Below are positions 60,360 to 64,000 of a stretch of 64,000 nt of DNA, one piece after another (the stretch's first letter is position 1; each line of letters starts with the position of its first letter). The notes under the pieces were generated by a model, which saw nothing but the letters and a program-made list of their open reading frames with translations, made no database searches and was not told the DNA's origin. Where the stretch lies: contig NIVC01000037.1 of NCBI GenBank assembly GCA_002269645.1, positions 806,001 through 870,000 on the forward strand, read 5' to 3'. Both the position numbers and the translations under genes were made by a program. This stretch comes from Macrostomum lignano. Lineage: Eukaryota.

Positions 60360-62905
60360 TCCCTCTCATCTTTCTCTGATCTCTCTGATCTCCCTTGATC
60401 CCTCTGATCTCTCTGATCTCTCTCTGATCTCTCTGATCTCCCTCTGATCTCCCTCTGATCTCCCTCTGATCTCCCTCTGATCTCCCTCTGATCTCCCTCT
60501 GATCTCCCTCTGATCTCTCTCTGCTCTCTCTAATCTCCCTCTGATCTCCCTCTGATCTCTCTGATCTCTCTCTGATCTCCCTCTGATCTCCTTCTAATAT
60601 CTCTGATCTCCTTCTGACCTCTCTTTGATCTCTCTCTGATCTCTTTAATCTTTCTGATACCAGGTATCTCTGTTCTCTCTCATCTCTCTAATCTCTCTAA
60701 TCTCTCTAATCTCTCCAGTCTCTCTATCTCTCTGATCTCTCTGATCTCTCTGATCTCTCTGATCTCTCTCTGATTTCTGCTATATTGCAAGACTCCTTAA
60801 TTCGCAATATATTCTCACACGGATGTTTCCCAGCCTACAAAATCCTTCCGAACAATCAGTCATATCATGATTAATGGCTTATGACTTATGATTCGAATCT
60901 AAAATCGAATCCATCCCCCAGAAGAAGCAGGCATAGAAGTGAGTTCCAAAGCAGTCTAATTTAGTAAATTGCAGTCAAATGGATTGATGGCTGGCTAGAG
61001 GGGGGGGGGTCAGAGAAATCTTCCAACTTGCTTATTCCATCTAGCTAAAAGCTAAAAACTGGTCAATTTGAGCTGTAATAAATCTAAAATCAGATATTAT
61101 TTATCCCCAATCTCAATCTTCAGTCCCGATTATTTTAGCCACTAAATATTCGTTCGTCTGCTCAGAGACTAATAGGTGAAAAATCCTAGCTGTAATCTGC
61201 TCCCAATACTAATGCTCTCCTTGGTTCGTTTTTATGAAGCCCCTGATCGACCCTGACGCGGATGCGGCTCGACAGACAAGGGGGGGGGGTGGCGATCGAT
61301 TCTAGCAGGAAGTTGCAGCTGCATCAGCCAGTCTTCAGTTTGGGCGTCTCGAATATCCCTAGGAAAAGTGTCCCAAAGAGGGGAAAAGTAGGATTTGATC
61401 AGTGCATCAAGCTACAAATAGCAGAAATCTGCTTTGTGGGGCTTAAGATGCTGTCAGGGCTGCATAAGTATTGACTGGGGTGCACTCAGCTCACTGACCT
61501 GACGTGGCCCCGAAAACCCGAAGTTTTTTTAGAACCCTCTCCGTCAAAAGATACTAATTGATTTCTCCCTCTGATCTCTACTATTTCTCTGATCTAATAT
61601 CTAATCTCACTCTGATCTCTCTCTCTGATCTCCCTGATCTCTCTGATCTCTCTCTGATCTCTCTCTGATCTCTCTCTCTAATCTCCCTGATCTCTCTGAT
61701 ATCTCTCTGATCTCTCTCTCTGATCTCCCTGATCTCTCTGATCTCTCTCTGATCTCTCTCTGATCTCTCTCTCTAATCTCCCTGATCTCTCTGATATCTC
61801 TCTGATCTCTCTCTCTGATCTCCCTGATCTCTCTGATCTCTCTCTGATCTCTCTCTCTGATCTCTCTCTCTGATCTCTCTGATCTCTCTCTGATCTCTCT
61901 GATCTCTCTGATCTCTCTCTGATCTCCCTGATCTCTCTGATCTCTCTCTCTGATCTCCCTGATCTCTCTGATCTCCCTCTGATCTCTCTCTCTAATCTCT
62001 CTGATCTCTCTCTCTAATCTCTCTGATCTCTCTCTGATCTCTCTGATCTCTCTGATCTCTCTCTGATCTCTCTGATCTCTCTGATCTCTCTCTCTGATCT
62101 CTCTGATCTCTCTGATCTCTCTCTCTGATCTCTCTCTGATCTCTCTCTGATCTCTCTGATCTCTCTGATCTCTCTGATCTCTCTGATCTCTCTGATCTCT
62201 CTGATCTCTCTGATCTCTCTGATCTCTCTCTGATCTCTCTCTGATCTCTCTGATCTCTCTCTGATCTCTCCCTGACCTCTCTGATTTCTCTCTGATCTCT
62301 CTGATCTCTCTCTGATCTCTCTGATCTCTCTGATCTCTCTCTCTGATCTCTCTCTCTGATCTCTCTCTCTCTGATCTCTCTCTCTGATCTCTCTCTCTGA
62401 TCTCTCTGATCTCTCTCTCTGATCTCTCTTATCTCTCTGATCTCTTTCTCTGATCTCTCTCTCTGATCTCTCTCTCTGATCTCTCTCTCTGATCTCTCTG
62501 ATCTCTCTCTCTGATCTCTCTGATCTCTCTGATCTCTCTCTCTGATCTCTCTGATCTCTCTGATCTCTCTGATCTCTCTGATCTCTCTCTCTGATCTCTC
62601 TGATCTCTCTGATCTCTCTCTCTGATCTCTCTGATCTCTCTGATCTCTCTGATCTCTCTGATCTCTCTGATCTCTCTCTCTGATCTCTCTGATCTCTCTG
62701 ATCTCTCTCTCTGATCTCTCTCTGATCTCTCTCTGATCTCTCTGATCTCTCTGATCTCTCTGATCTCTCTGATCTCTCTGATCTCTCTCTGATCTCTCTC
62801 TGATCTCTCTGATCTCTCTCTGATCTCTCTGATCTCTCTCTGATCTCTCCCTGACCTCTCTGATCTCTCTCTGATCTCTCTGATCTCTCTCTCTCACTGA
62901 TCTCT
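60360..62905. repeat. two (tctctgatc)-type low-complexity arrays (about 60360-60780 and 61570-62905)
   Basis: GATC-anchored units with variable CT runs; gives the R/E/D/Q ORF 61992-62897. Confidence 0.93.
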
Positions 62906-62989
62906 CTCTGGCATCCCTAATTAGACTTTAATAAAATGTTTTTAAAACTATACTTTGCATAAATCAGGCAATTTTAAAATTCAAAGCAG

Positions 62990-63270
62990 ACGTTGATTTG
63001 CCCTGGCTGTTGAGCCGCGGAGATCATGGCGCTGGCTGCCTGTGGCTGCGTGCTGAACACTACCAGTCTCTTGGGACTTCGTTAACAGCGCTCGAATTGT
63101 TGAACCTGATCGGCCAAATTGGCGAGCAGCTGCGCTGATGGATGCACCAGCTTCTAGCATGCCAACAGCGCGCCATCGTTCAGCGTCTGTCATATGCCTG
63201 ACCATTGTCACGTGTACTGTTGCACCCCAACCCCAACCCTTTTGTACTCTCACCCTGGAATTCACTCTCA
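62990..63270 (-). mobile_element. Tc1-family transposase fragment (N-terminal paired-like HTH only)
   Basis: ATG at 63205: MVRHMTDAERWRAVGMLEAGASISAAARQFGRSGSTIRALLTKSQETGSV…, typical of Tc1 HTH N-termini. No DDE domain follows. Confidence 0.75.
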
Positions 63271-64000
63271 CCCAGCTTTAGCCACGCCGTGGCGCAAGTT
63301 ACGTCACTTGCAGTTGAGGTGAGAGAGAAGTCGCCTCTCTCGGTAGGGTGGTGGTTTTGACTGTTGCTGAGTGTACCTGGGATACGGAATCCAAGAAACA
63401 CTGCGAGCACCCTTGAAGCAGCTGTCACAAGGGCTATCATTTGGTTGCCGGCTGCTTTCCTGTACAAATAATCAGAAATGGTTGCGAGAGTCAGCCTTAC
63501 TGACTCGTTGGTTTGTGACGAAGGCAAACCAACTAACAATGCGCAACTTGGGGCCAATAGTAATTTGTTAGTTATTTGTGTGGACAGCTAGCTGAGAGAG
63601 TCACAATGGTCTTACTGCAAATGGAAGACGAATGTCTGTTTAAAAAAATTCGCCGTTGTGTTATAGATTCTTGCTCATGACAGTTTGTTGTTTGTGAAGG
63701 GGCGGAGGAGAGACAGGGGAGAGGTGATTTGTGGGTGATAATGGGAGAGAGTGGGTGGTGGAGGTGTATAACAACTTATAGTGAGAGAGAGAGAGACAAA
63801 GTGGGTGATAATGGGAGAAAGTGGGTGCCAGAAGTCTGGTGGCATTGGGAGACACAGGGTTAAATTGGTTGCACTGACTATTCAGGCCGGACGTTCAAGA
63901 AGAAAAAGAAGAAGCGTTGTTTCTCTTTCTCTCTCCATCTCTCCTAAAAGAGAGCGGCGAGTGTGAAGCAGGCAGAAGCAGATGCCGGCTGTTCAAAGCC

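Noticed and set aside
61992-62897. 301-aa R/E/D/Q-rich ORF resembling an RS/charged splicing factor
   Set aside because: Translation of the (tctctgatc)n low-complexity array.
63370-63560. Possible minus-strand exon (tacag…cccag|gtacac)
   Set aside because: Splice-like ends are present, but the frame is ambiguous and no homology was recognised.

Overview
Eukaryotic (animal) genomic DNA with short GC-rich exons and introns/intergenic space filled with minisatellites. The style suggests a flatworm such as Macrostomum; this is inference and was not verified. I translated and spliced the genes by hand. (1) A 7-exon Inscuteable gene (+, 1690-12260, about 518 aa). (2) A degenerate mariner element (-, about 15965-17204). 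(3) A decayed BEN-domain gene (-, about 18300-19503). (4) A multi-exon PMS2 mismatch-repair gene (+, 21310-28453) with an unresolved in-frame TAA in its linker. (5) An intronless rhodopsin-class GPCR (+, 42636-44027). (6) A two-exon divergent central-class Hox gene of Lox2/Lox4/Ubx/abd-A type (-, 51228-48964), which the ORF track misses. (7) A Mab-21/cGAS-like nucleotidyltransferase-fold gene with an altered catalytic motif (-, about 55484-53576). (8) An unidentified spliced gene (-, about 58870-56615). (9) A Tc1 HTH fragment. Also present are two SINE families, MITEs and more than 25 tandem arrays. No CRISPR, rRNA or genuine tRNA genes were seen, and most ORF-track entries are translations of repeats or antisense shadows. 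The most unusual observations are the WPWM-hexapeptide Hox gene whose intron is an array of copies of its own splice donor, the probable pseudo-catalytic cGAS-like protein, and nested inverted repeats around PMS2 exons.
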